A DNA stretch of 64,000 nt from a virus, in IMG/VR virus record IMGVR_UViG_3300031823_000008, positions 2,247 to 66,246 of that record. One strand, 5' to 3'. Position 1 is the stretch's first letter. Each line of letters starts with the position of its first letter. The notes under the pieces were generated by a model. It saw nothing but the letters and a program-made list of their open reading frames with translations. It searched no databases and was not told the origin of the DNA. The position numbers and the translations under genes are program-made. This document shows, in pieces, positions 55,388-64,000 of the stretch.

Positions 55388-56276
55388 CCTGGATGGCGGC
55401 GGAGTCCGCGGCGCCCTGACCACCTGCTTCCTCGTCGAGCTGGAAAGGCGCACCGGCAAACTCTGCCGCGAGTACTTCGACCTGGTCGCCGGCACTTCCA
55501 CGGGCGCTCTGATTGCCACGGCTATCGCTGCCGGCATTCCAGCGACCACCATCCTCGAAATCTATCAGCAGGACTGCCCGAAGCTGTTCCACCTCTCCAC
55601 GGTCGAGTCCTGGGCGGAGCGCATCCTCAAGGGTTATGCCTATCACCCGGAAGCGGTTAAGCAGATCCTGGTGAACCGGCTGGGAGCCTCAGCATCCTGG
55701 AAGCTCAACGACTCGCCAGTCCGTCTCCTCCTCACCGCCAAAGGGATGAATGGCCACCCCTGGTATTTCGTGCGCGACAACCCGAAGAACGCCGGCACCA
55801 CAGGCGGGCTCTCTCTTCTCGATTGCGCGATCGCCTCGGGAGCAGCTCCCACCTATTTCGCGCCCTGGTATGTTTCGCCCGTCTCCATCCTGGTCGGCTG
55901 GTGCTTCGACGGAGGAACCGGCATCACCGGCAATCCAGTCCACCAGGCCGTCGTGGAAGCTTTCCGCTACGATGATTTCGACCCTGCGGATACGCGCGTC
56001 ATCTCCCTAGGCACCGGCTTTGTTCCGGATCTCCAGACGAATCCGCCTGCAGGTCTGCTCGACACATTGACCTGGACCATCGACACTTTGCTCGACGCGC
56101 CCATCGATGAGCAGAGCAATCTCGTGAATCTCTACTACGCGGGCATCCTGCAGCGGTATAACTGGCAACTTCCCGCGGCGGTGGATATGGCGGACGCAGG
56201 TGCGATCCCCGGCCTTGTGGAGCTGGGCCAAAAGGTCGTGCCGGCGATGGACTGGGACGCCATTCTCAAGGATTAA
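55371..56276 (+). CDS. Patatin-like phospholipase
   Basis: LSLDGGGVRG, AGTSTG, SGAAPTYF, FDGG..GNP, SLGTG. Confidence 0.9.
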   Translation: MKRILSLDGGGVRGALTTCFLVELERRTGKLCREYFDLVAGTSTGALIATAIAAGIPATTILEIYQQDCPKLFHLSTVESWAERILKGYAYHPEAVKQILVNRLGASASWKLNDSPVRLLLTAKGMNGHPWYFVRDNPKNAGTTGGLSLLDCAIASGAAPTYFAPWYVSPVSILVGWCFDGGTGITGNPVHQAVVEAFRYDDFDPADTRVISLGTGFVPDLQTNPPAGLLDTLTWTIDTLLDAPIDEQSNLVNLYYAGILQRYNWQLPAAVDMADAGAIPGLVELGQKVVPAMDWDAILKD

Positions 56277-56518
56277 GCGGCCCGCTTCGCCGCGGCCCAG
56301 CGCCTCTTCTGCGCAAGGCTGATTGCCCGTCTGCCGGCGGCGGTCATTGTGCGACGCTTAGGTCTGTTCACCGAGACGCTCGCAGGTCTACTGCCGGGCA
56401 TCAGGGACGGCTCCAGCATTTCCCGAAGTTCTCGAATCTTCTGATCTATCTGGGACTTTTGAAGTTCCATGCCCGCGATCGCCGCTCGCGCTATTGCGGG
56501 AGTGAGTTTGTTCGGCAT
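56273..56518 (-). CDS. Small coiled-coil + basic-tail protein, putative DNA-binding
   Basis: ELQKSQIDQKIRELR...KRRTMTAAGRRAISLAQKRRWA. Confidence 0.7.
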   Translation of the reverse strand: MPNKLTPAIARAAIAGMELQKSQIDQKIRELREMLEPSLMPGSRPASVSVNRPKRRTMTAAGRRAISLAQKRRWAAAKRAA

Positions 56519-56553
56519 GCCCGACATTCTGTCTCGCGACAAACAGGAAATAA

Positions 56554-57033
56554 ATGAAGACCTCTTCTGTCGGCATAGCCCTGATCTGCCATTTCGAAGG
56601 CTGCAAATTGACAGCCTACAAATGCCCGGCCGGCATCTGGACCGTCGGATACGGCCACACGGGAGCGGGCGTTACCTCCGGACTCACCATCACGCAGGAC
56701 CGCGCCGAGCAGCTCCTGGCCGCGGATCTCCTGAACTTCGAGACCGGCGTTTATGGAATGACGGGCAGCATCCTGCAGTGCCGCTTCGACGCGCTCGTGT
56801 CCTTCAGCTATAACCTCGGCCTCCACACGCTCGAGGGCTCGACCCTCCTGAGGAAATTCAGACTGGGCGACATTGCGGGCGCAAGCGCAGAGTTCCCCCG
56901 ATGGTGCCATGTCGGCGGCGCCGGGGTGGTCCTCGAGGGCCTGGTGAGACGGCGCGCCGCGGAGCGAGTGCTCTTCGATGCCGGCGACTGGATGTCGGCC
57001 GTTCAGCCGATTCAACCGAAGCTCGCAGCTTGA
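56554..57033 (+). CDS. Endolysin, GH24 lysozyme
   Basis: FEGCKLTAYKCPAGIWTVGYGHT, FDALVSFSYNLG, GLVRRRAAER.LF. Confidence 0.95.
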   Translation: MKTSSVGIALICHFEGCKLTAYKCPAGIWTVGYGHTGAGVTSGLTITQDRAEQLLAADLLNFETGVYGMTGSILQCRFDALVSFSYNLGLHTLEGSTLLRKFRLGDIAGASAEFPRWCHVGGAGVVLEGLVRRRAAERVLFDAGDWMSAVQPIQPKLAA

Positions 57034-57044
57034 TATAAGGGACC

Positions 57045-57146
57045 ATGCGCATCGTGCGCTCGATTCTCTGGATCGCTCTGACCATCGTAGTGATGGCCGC
57101 GTTCTTCTATTTGCAGATCCGGATCCTGCTGATTGGTCACAAATGA
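57045..57146 (+). CDS. 33-aa single-TM peptide
   Basis: MRIVRSILWIALTIVVMAAFFYLQIRILLIGHK*, ATGA-coupled to the recombinase. Confidence 0.5.
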   Translation: MRIVRSILWIALTIVVMAAFFYLQIRILLIGHK

Positions 57147-57766
57147 GAATAGCCATCTACGCTCGCGTCAGTACTTCTGATCAATCGTGCCAAATGCAGT
57201 TGAGCGAGCTCCGATCCTACGCGCAACGCATGGGCTGGGAACCTCCAGTTGAATACGTGGAGACTGCCAGCGGCAAGGCCTTGAGCAAACGTCCGGTTCT
57301 GGCGAAGCTCCTGGCCGATGCGCGGCTGCGCAGGTTCGACGTGCTGCTGGTCTGGAAGCTGGACCGCTTCGGCCGAAGTCTCAAACACATCTGCGAGAAT
57401 ATCGAAACCCTGGACGCTTCCGGAGTCCGCTTCCTATGCCCCTCTCAGGGAATCGACACCGACAACCGCTCGCCGATGGGCAAGTTCTTCGTTCAGATTC
57501 TGGGCGCCTTCGCGGAGCTCGAGCGGGAAATCATCAAAGAGCGGACGATGACGGGCAAAGCGGAATACAACAAGGCCTTCGACCGCGGCGACATCGGCAA
57601 GGTGCGGAACTCGAGGAGCGGGAAGAATCTGCCCAGCCACCGGCCGAAGAAAGTCTTCCGTCGCGACCTGGCGAAGGAGCTCCGCGAGAGCGGGATGAGC
57701 TGGCGCGCCATCGGAAAGCAGCTCGGCGTTCCCCAATCCACGATTCGCCTGGCACTGTCGATTTAG
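57143..57766 (+). CDS. Small serine recombinase (resolvase/invertase family)
   Basis: AIYARVSTSDQ, VWKLDRFGRS, AELEREIIKER, C-terminal HTH. Confidence 0.9.
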   Translation: MRIAIYARVSTSDQSCQMQLSELRSYAQRMGWEPPVEYVETASGKALSKRPVLAKLLADARLRRFDVLLVWKLDRFGRSLKHICENIETLDASGVRFLCPSQGIDTDNRSPMGKFFVQILGAFAELEREIIKERTMTGKAEYNKAFDRGDIGKVRNSRSGKNLPSHRPKKVFRRDLAKELRESGMSWRAIGKQLGVPQSTIRLALSI

Positions 57767-57941
57767 GTGTGCAGAAAGCCGTTCGAGCGTTTCCCCCGGA
57801 CCGCGTTGCAAACAGGCATTCACCCGGGCGATTTCGGTAGGGCGAAAAGCTGAAACTTCCTGCACATTTTTTGCATTAAAAGCAACGAGTTACCGGCACT
57901 CCGGCCCTCGTTTCCCTTCGGCGCGCCCCCAATGAAACCCA

Positions 57942-58508
57942 ATGTCCCTCGCGCGCGCGAACCGCGCATCTTTTATGACCCGCCGCTTTGGCCCCAAGAT
58001 TACCGCGTTTTTGAAAGCCATCCGCGCCTGCCCCTCCGTCGCGCGCGCTGCTCGAGCTGCGAAAATCAATCCCAGTTCCCACTATGAAAAGCTGAAAACC
58101 TCGCTCGAGTACCGCGCCGCTTTCGATGCCTGCTTTGAAATTGGCTGCGACGCGCTCTCGGACGTCGCCGTGGAACGCGCGCAGATCGGCTGGGAAGAGC
58201 CCGTCATCTACAAAGGCCAGCTGTCCTATCCCGAAGTCTGGAATGACGAACTGGGCGAGATGGTGCCAGACCGGACCCAGGAGCCGTTCAGCGTCCGCAA
58301 GATCGATAACCAGCTTCTGCAGTTCGTCCTGAAGAATCGGCACCCGGATTACCGCGAGAACAAGGAAGCGGAGAAGCCGCAAACGGCCGAAAAGGTCATC
58401 TACCAATGGGTACCGAGATCAGACGCAGAATCGAGTATCAACCCCTCTTCAGCCAGGCCCGATTCCACGACAGCACCGCCCGATTCAAAGGATTCTCCGG
58501 ACCCGTAG
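57942..58508 (+). CDS. terS: Terminase small subunit
   Basis: FLKA....SVARAARAA.I....HY; A.ERA..GWEEPV.YKG; D.LLQF.LK...P.YRE. Confidence 0.75.
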   Translation: MSLARANRASFMTRRFGPKITAFLKAIRACPSVARAARAAKINPSSHYEKLKTSLEYRAAFDACFEIGCDALSDVAVERAQIGWEEPVIYKGQLSYPEVWNDELGEMVPDRTQEPFSVRKIDNQLLQFVLKNRHPDYRENKEAEKPQTAEKVIYQWVPRSDAESSINPSSARPDSTTAPPDSKDSPDP

Positions 58509-59755
58509 GCAGCGGTAAGTCCATGGCGCTGGTGCAGGAGGCCATCCGGCTCTCGGTGGTCAATGGCGGCCTTCTGGGCCTGATCGGCGCACCCACCTAT
58601 GCGATGCTCCGCGACGTCACCCAGCGCGCGTTCTTCGAGGAATTGGAACGAAGCTTCATCCCGTTCGTGTTCAAGAAGCAGGAGAACCTCCTGACCTTGA
58701 CCGATATGGGAAGCGAAATCATCTTTCGATCGCTGGACAATCCCGACAGGCTCCGAGGAACCAATCTCGCCTGGATGGGGATCGATGAGCTGACATATTG
58801 CCAGGAGAAAGCATGGCTTCGCCTGCAGGCGCGCCTTCGTCACCCACTCGCAACCGAATTGTGTGGCTTCGGCGTCTGGACCCCCAACGGATTCGATTGG
58901 GTCTACGACCGGTTCATCGGCCCTGAGGCACTCTCGGGATACGAAGCGATCCTCGCCAAACCATATGAGAATCGCTACCTCCCCGGCGATTTCTATGAAA
59001 CGCTGAAGCACTCATACGACGAGAAGTTCGCCAACCAGGAGGTTCTCGGGCAGTACCTGAATCTTCTCAGCGGCCAGGTTTATTACGGTTTCGATCGTTC
59101 GGCGAACATCAAGCCGACGAACTACCTCTCGCGCCTGCAACTCTGCTGGAGCCTCGATTTCAATGTCAACCCGATGGCGAGTGTAATCTGCCAAACCGAA
59201 GATACGACCACGCGCGAAATGGCCATGATGGGACGGCGCTCCTCGATGGTCCACGTCCTCGACGAGATCGTCCTGCCGAATTCCAATACCCAGGAAGCCT
59301 GCGAGGAATTCCAGCGCAGGACGGCGCCGTGGATCGCCCGACAGGGGCAGATTTCGGTGAAACTGTACGGTGATGCCGCCGGCGGCGCGCGATCGACCGC
59401 TGGCAAGAGCGACTACCAGATCATCCGCGAATTCTTCCGCCGCGCCCCGGAATATCAGGTCAGCTATCACGTTCCGCTGGCGAATCCCGCGGTGCGCGAT
59501 CGCGTCAACGCGGTAAACGCCAAGCTGAAGAACGCCTCGGGGCAGATTGGCCTTCTGGTGGATCCGCGGTGTAAGCGCCTGGTGAAGGATCTGGAGCAGG
59601 TGGCCTGGAAAGCGGACTCCAACGGCAACATGACGGGTGACATCGATAAGAGCAATTCGGAGCTGACGCACATTTCGGATGCTCTGGGGTACCTGGTCGA
59701 AGCGGAGTACGGGCTGAAGCAGAGCGGCGGACCGCGGAGCGCGCTGGTGATTTAG
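58406..59755 (+). CDS. terL: Terminase large subunit
   Basis: GPVGSGKS Walker A, GIDE Walker B, LDFN and HISDALGY nuclease motifs. Confidence 0.95.
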   Translation: MGTEIRRRIEYQPLFSQARFHDSTARFKGFSGPVGSGKSMALVQEAIRLSVVNGGLLGLIGAPTYAMLRDVTQRAFFEELERSFIPFVFKKQENLLTLTDMGSEIIFRSLDNPDRLRGTNLAWMGIDELTYCQEKAWLRLQARLRHPLATELCGFGVWTPNGFDWVYDRFIGPEALSGYEAILAKPYENRYLPGDFYETLKHSYDEKFANQEVLGQYLNLLSGQVYYGFDRSANIKPTNYLSRLQLCWSLDFNVNPMASVICQTEDTTTREMAMMGRRSSMVHVLDEIVLPNSNTQEACEEFQRRTAPWIARQGQISVKLYGDAAGGARSTAGKSDYQIIREFFRRAPEYQVSYHVPLANPAVRDRVNAVNAKLKNASGQIGLLVDPRCKRLVKDLEQVAWKADSNGNMTGDIDKSNSELTHISDALGYLVEAEYGLKQSGGPRSALVI

Positions 59756-60126
59756 GCCGGAAGTCCTTGCTTCTCGGGGATTACTACAACAGGCGTCTGA
59801 AACAGGTTTCCCACCACTACGCAGTGCGCGCACGTCATCCACAAATAGGAATCCATGTGGCATGGGCCCGACGAATGTCGCCCGAACATGAAGGCCCCAT
59901 TGTGAAAGCCCACCTGACAGATTGGCAAGTCTCCGCCGATCATTTCCCGCCACGCGTCATCTATCGAGATCAGGTCGCCTTCGTAAATCTCGATGCCGTT
60001 CCTGTCCACGAGTCCGGTGAATTGCATCCTCGGCATCCCGGAATCGATTATTGGAAGGTGCACCGGCTGGACCATCTCGCGTCCATCCCAAATGCGGAAT
60101 TTGACGGGCCTGTTCATTTCGGTCAT
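59752..60126 (-). CDS. YopX family protein
   Basis: KFRIWD, MQFTGLVDRNGIEIYEGDLI, VVGNLFQ. Confidence 0.9.
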   Translation of the reverse strand: MTEMNRPVKFRIWDGREMVQPVHLPIIDSGMPRMQFTGLVDRNGIEIYEGDLISIDDAWREMIGGDLPICQVGFHNGAFMFGRHSSGPCHMDSYLWMTCAHCVVVGNLFQTPVVVIPEKQGLPA

Positions 60127-60392
60127 TCCGAGACTACTTTATAGAAGCGAAGATCAAACTCACGGCACAGATGGCCCAAACCGAGGTAGCGAAGCTGCTG
60201 CGCTTCCCATTCCTCGCGGGTCGCGCGACCGATTACGGCCATCGGACCGGATAGCCTTTCGCCGTCGACGTTGTTTCCATTGGTCGACTGGATAATTCCC
60301 GGCGGTTCCGGATCCTCCGCGTTCACACAGACTATCAGGAAGCCCTTCTCGTCGAGGATGCGTTGCGCCTGCGTTCGTGAGCTTTCCATCAT
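60123..60392 (-). CDS. Hypothetical protein
   Basis: ATGA coupling to yopX. Confidence 0.55.
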   Translation of the reverse strand: MMESSRTQAQRILDEKGFLIVCVNAEDPEPPGIIQSTNGNNVDGERLSGPMAVIGRATREEWEAQQLRYLGLGHLCREFDLRFYKVVSE

Positions 60393-60587
60393 TCGATTCC
60401 ATTATGATCCTCGACTCCCAGGGAACGCCGCTCAGACGGGCAGCCGGATTCATCGCGCGGTGGGAGCCCGTAAGCAGAATTCTCCCTGCGATTGATGCTT
60501 TGGCAGTAGTGGGTTCCGAAGCGAAAAAGGAAGAGGAAGAAGAGGAATCTGACGCCGCGCCTGCACGCCCGTGAGACGCGGCGCGGG

Positions 60588-60675
60588 CTACTTCGCCTTT
60601 CGCGAAGCAGTCTTTTTCGTCGCCTTGGCCGTCGTGGAAGCTTTCGCGGCGGGCTTTGCAGCTTTCTTTGGCATT
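60588..60675 (-). CDS. 28-aa Lys/Ala-rich histone-H1-like peptide
   Basis: AAGGAG SD; MPKKAAKPAAKASTTAKATKKTASRKAK*. Confidence 0.6.
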
Positions 60676-60737
60676 AAGGTGATTCTCCTTTCCTCCGAAT
60701 GTAGCGCATCATAGTTCCAGGGAGTTAATAAAATCGC

Positions 60738-61061
60738 ATGGGCATGGTTACGCAGATTCTCACCTTCGGGGCGAGCGCAGTGCAGTTCCCTGTGCCAAAC
60801 GACATCCCGACGGTGCACACCGTTTCGGCCGAGCCCCTCCGAACGAACACGCATCCGTGCTGGATCGGAACTTCAGCCGTGACGAACGATGGCAGCGGTA
60901 CGGGAGTGATGACGCAGCTCGCCACGCCTCCCGCAGCGACTGTGCCCGTGGACCGCTGGAGCTATCAGCCCTCGACGGATGGAAATCGCGTGGATCCTAC
61001 CGGATTCTGGGCGCACGGGACCTCGGGAGAGAAGCTCATCGTGAGCTACCTAAAGGTATGA
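60738..61061 (+). CDS. Small beta-rich protein, possibly structural
   Basis: GGGAG SD; 107 aa. Confidence 0.6.
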   Translation: MGMVTQILTFGASAVQFPVPNDIPTVHTVSAEPLRTNTHPCWIGTSAVTNDGSGTGVMTQLATPPAATVPVDRWSYQPSTDGNRVDPTGFWAHGTSGEKLIVSYLKV

Positions 61062-61188
61062 CCGAGATGCACGTCACCGAAGCCCGTGACAGGCACCCAC
61101 GATTCACCAAAGTGGTCATCTCCGTCATGGTCGCGTCCTACCTCGCCCTGTTCATCAACATTCTCGTTTCAATGCCCGGTTGCACCAA

Positions 61189-62751
61189 ATGACCTTCCCT
61201 CCCTCCCTCTCCATCAAAGACCTCAAAACCACCGCCTCGGACTATAACCAATATGCCGAGACGTACCGCACCGTTTCCGACCTTTACCAGGGCGGCAGCG
61301 TACTGCGGGACAAGGTGATCAAGAGCGGCTACTACCTCCTGCAGAAGCCCAAGGAAGTCAGCGAAGTGTTCCGCACGCGCCAGCAGCGCTTCACCTACAC
61401 AAACCTCCTCTCGAACATCGTAGGCTGGTTCGGCGCCGCGCTCTTCAAGGTGCCCGCGCAGATCGTGAAAACCACGGAGAATGCGCAGCCGGGAACCGTC
61501 CCGAAGATCCCCTCCGACGCGACGACTTTCTGCGAGGCCCTCGAAAAGGACTGCGATCGCGCCGGAACCTCCTTCGTCGACTTCTGGCGGAAGCCGTTCG
61601 AATCGCTGATCCTGAACCGCGCCGCCTATGTCCTGATCGATCTTCCGTCGCCCGATGATGGCGATGCGCCCGCCCTTTCGCTCGGGGAACAGCAGCAGAG
61701 CGGCGCCCTCGATCCGTTCCTGGTGCTCTATACGCCTGCTCAGGTGATCAATTGGGAGTGCGATCGCTACGGCAACCTGGAGTGGTGCATCATCGCCGTC
61801 TCGAATGAAGAGCGGGTTGCGTTCAAGCCCTGCGTTACGGTCGATTCCTGGTATTACTTCGACCGACAGGAGGTCGCCTGCTACCGCGCTACCCGGCAGG
61901 ATGAGAAAGTCGGGGAAGACCAGAAGGCCAACCTGGTGACCGGGTATCCCCGCAAACACGCCATGTCGGATCTGAACCGGATCCCCGTGCGCCGGATTGA
62001 AGTGCCGGAGGGTTTGTGGCTGGCGAATCGCGTGTTTCTGCTCCTCTTGAATCACCTCTCGCTCGATAACGGGTATGATTTCGGGCTGTTCCAGAGCGCC
62101 TTCGCCCAGCTCGTGATCTCCGGTAATTTCGACGACTCCGTGGTGATGGGCGAAACCTCCTATCTCAAGCTGAACACAGGCGATACGGCCGCCTATCTGG
62201 AACCGGAAGGGCATGCCTATGAGGCGATTGACAGACGATTGCAGAGCCTCGAAGAGCGCATCTACAAATCGTGTTACCTGATGGATCAGGCGCGAAGCAA
62301 CCGTTCCACCCCGACCGCGCAATCCGGCGCCTCCAAGCAGCAGGATAAGACGCCGTCCCGCGATGCCCTGGCAGCCTTCGGAGACATCATCCGGCCCGTG
62401 ATGCAACTGGTCTACGCCGACATGCTGGCCGTCCGAGGCATAGAAAACGTGGTTCCGGACATCCGAGGATTCGACTTCGAGGACCGCGCCGACGCCCAGG
62501 ACCTGCAGACGGATATGCAGGCCATGGCCATCGACATTGAATCTGACACCTACCGCCGCGAGAGAGACAAGGATTTCGCGCAGAAGCGGCTGCCGGACGC
62601 AAACAAGGAAACGCTGACCAAGATATTCGGGGAGATCGATACGAATCCGACGCCTGAAGCCGCGGCCCAGGCGCTCCAGGAAGCTCAGCAGGCGCAGCAG
62701 ATCGACAAGTTTACAGCATCGTTCCAGGGCGCGGACAAGACGGCAGCTTAG
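61189..62751 (+). CDS. Portal protein
   Basis: About 520 aa after TerL; DLYQGG, YVLIDLP, VINW, AQSGASKQQD. Confidence 0.85.
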   Translation: MTFPPSLSIKDLKTTASDYNQYAETYRTVSDLYQGGSVLRDKVIKSGYYLLQKPKEVSEVFRTRQQRFTYTNLLSNIVGWFGAALFKVPAQIVKTTENAQPGTVPKIPSDATTFCEALEKDCDRAGTSFVDFWRKPFESLILNRAAYVLIDLPSPDDGDAPALSLGEQQQSGALDPFLVLYTPAQVINWECDRYGNLEWCIIAVSNEERVAFKPCVTVDSWYYFDRQEVACYRATRQDEKVGEDQKANLVTGYPRKHAMSDLNRIPVRRIEVPEGLWLANRVFLLLLNHLSLDNGYDFGLFQSAFAQLVISGNFDDSVVMGETSYLKLNTGDTAAYLEPEGHAYEAIDRRLQSLEERIYKSCYLMDQARSNRSTPTAQSGASKQQDKTPSRDALAAFGDIIRPVMQLVYADMLAVRGIENVVPDIRGFDFEDRADAQDLQTDMQAMAIDIESDTYRRERDKDFAQKRLPDANKETLTKIFGEIDTNPTPEAAAQALQEAQQAQQIDKFTASFQGADKTAA

Positions 62752-62858
62752 ACACGAAGAGCGCAAGCCTCTCGACCTGCGCCCTGCCCTGGTTCGCCAG
62801 CGGCCTGCGGCGGATTCTTGACCTTTCGGCTTCTCCGCTCTCTTTTAGGGGTTGTCTT

Positions 62859-63056
62859 TTAAACCAGAAGCGTGCCGATCACGGCGCCTTCCGCTTCGCC
62901 TCCGGAGACATGCTTCAGTGCTCCGTGGATGCTATTCAACTGCGAAACGGTCATGTTTTCGAGTGCCGTCGCGCACAGGGTTGTGAGCGTCGCCGCCGGC
63001 ATCGTGGGCGAAATGTCCTGAGTTACGGTCTTGGATCCAGTGACTACTGCGGCCAT
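62859..63056 (-). CDS. Small antisense protein between portal and scaffold
   Basis: GGGAGG SD; 65 aa. Confidence 0.55.
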   Translation of the reverse strand: MAAVVTGSKTVTQDISPTMPAATLTTLCATALENMTVSQLNSIHGALKHVSGGEAEGAVIGTLLV

Positions 63057-63427
63057 GGTTGGTACCCCTCCCCTGAGTTTAGCTTGCCCGAGAGTAGATC
63101 ACATCGGGAGTTGTTGCTTGGGCAGTTCTCAGCTTTGCGGCGCACTCCGGGCAGATCAGGAAGAGGGGCCTTCCGAATTGCAGGTGCATTCCCGGATAGC
63201 TGAACATGGCTGGATTCCGGCCACAGGCTTCGCAGAGTTCAATCATCTTTATTTCATTTTAAAAGGGGCGCCGCTCCTCGTTCGTGCCGGCGCCCCTGTG
63301 TCTGTTAGATGGATTGGCTCCAATATAACAGCTTCGCTTTTGCAGTAAAACCCAAACCCTAATTCACAATGACCGCGCATTCTCGCGGAGAAGCACGTCC
63401 GAAATCGTGCTACGAGGAGAACACACA

Positions 63428-64000
63428 GTGCTACGATTCAATACAGGCCTCTTGCTCGATGCCGCTTCCGACGGCGCAGGAGGGGGCGGCGGAACGCCGG
63501 CATTTGATCAAGCCGCGTTTCAAGCCCAGATCCTGGACGGCGTGAACAAGGCCATGGCCACCAGCCTGGCCGCCTTTACGAAGTCCTACAAGGCGGATCT
63601 TGCGAAGCTCACGCCCGCCCCTGCGGCCGCCGTGACTATCGAAGAGCCCGTGGTTGACCCCGCCGCCGGCGCGGTCAAAACTCCCGCAGATCCCGCCATG
63701 GCCGCCGAACTCCGCGCGGTCCAACGGCAAAACAAAGAGCTGGCAGACAGATTTGCAGCCATGAAAACCGAGTCGGACGCGACGCGAGTCGCCGCCGAAC
63801 GGAAAGAGCAGGACGCCACCGTGCGAACCATGCTGAGCAAATACAAATACGCGGACGATGCGGCAGCCGAGGATGCCTTCGAGATCTTCGGCGGCAAGGT
63901 GAAGCGCAACGAGGAAGGCGCGTTTGTGGGCAACGATGGAACGCCGCTGGCTCAGTTCCTCGAAGAGGGTCTTCGGTCGAAGCCCTATTTGCTGGCACCC
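63428..64000 (+). CDS. Capsid scaffolding protein (runs off the window)
   Basis: GAGGAG SD, GTG start; DGAGGGGGTP, coiled coil, KPYLLAP; follows portal. Confidence 0.7.
   Translation, partial: MLRFNTGLLLDAASDGAGGGGGTPAFDQAAFQAQILDGVNKAMATSLAAFTKSYKADLAKLTPAPAAAVTIEEPVVDPAAGAVKTPADPAMAAELRAVQRQNKELADRFAAMKTESDATRVAAERKEQDATVRTMLSKYKYADDAAAEDAFEIFGGKVKRNEEGAFVGNDGTPLAQFLEEGLRSKPYLLAP

Noticed and set aside
58406-58508. About 100-nt terS/terL overlap as a frameshift signal
   Set aside because: Such overlaps are common and both frames are intact with their own starts.
63261-63297. GGGGCGCCG/CGGCGCCCC hairpin before the scaffold gene
   Set aside because: Looks like an ordinary terminator-type hairpin; no second copy or covariation seen.

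Overview
The window is almost a whole (circularly permuted) genome of a temperate long-tailed dsDNA phage. It starts just after the capsid region, runs through head-completion, tail tube, chaperone, tape-measure, baseplate and fibre genes (0.1-32.4 kb), then a mostly leftward early/replication arm with a tyrosine recombinase (32.4-44.7 kb), a divergent switch and accessory region (44.7-53.7 kb), lysis genes, a serine recombinase, terminase, portal and the start of a scaffold gene (to 64 kb). The major capsid gene is not in the window. No sheath, CRISPR array, reverse transcriptase or tRNA was seen. Several small gene families suggest an Acidobacteriota (Bryobacteraceae-like) host; this is recall, not a search result. 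The most unusual signals are: (1) a ~100-nt structured motif in five copies, set as inverted pairs around cargo genes, with compensatory base changes; (2) two distant cassettes with the same layout (coiled-coil gene / conserved four-hairpin RNA / coiled-coil gene); (3) a run of tail-fibre-like proteins carrying Sec-type signal peptides; (4) a putative nucleotide-sponge gene pair next to an HNH endonuclease that duplicates a synonymously recoded 3' end of the sponge gene. All product calls come from motif recognition by eye.
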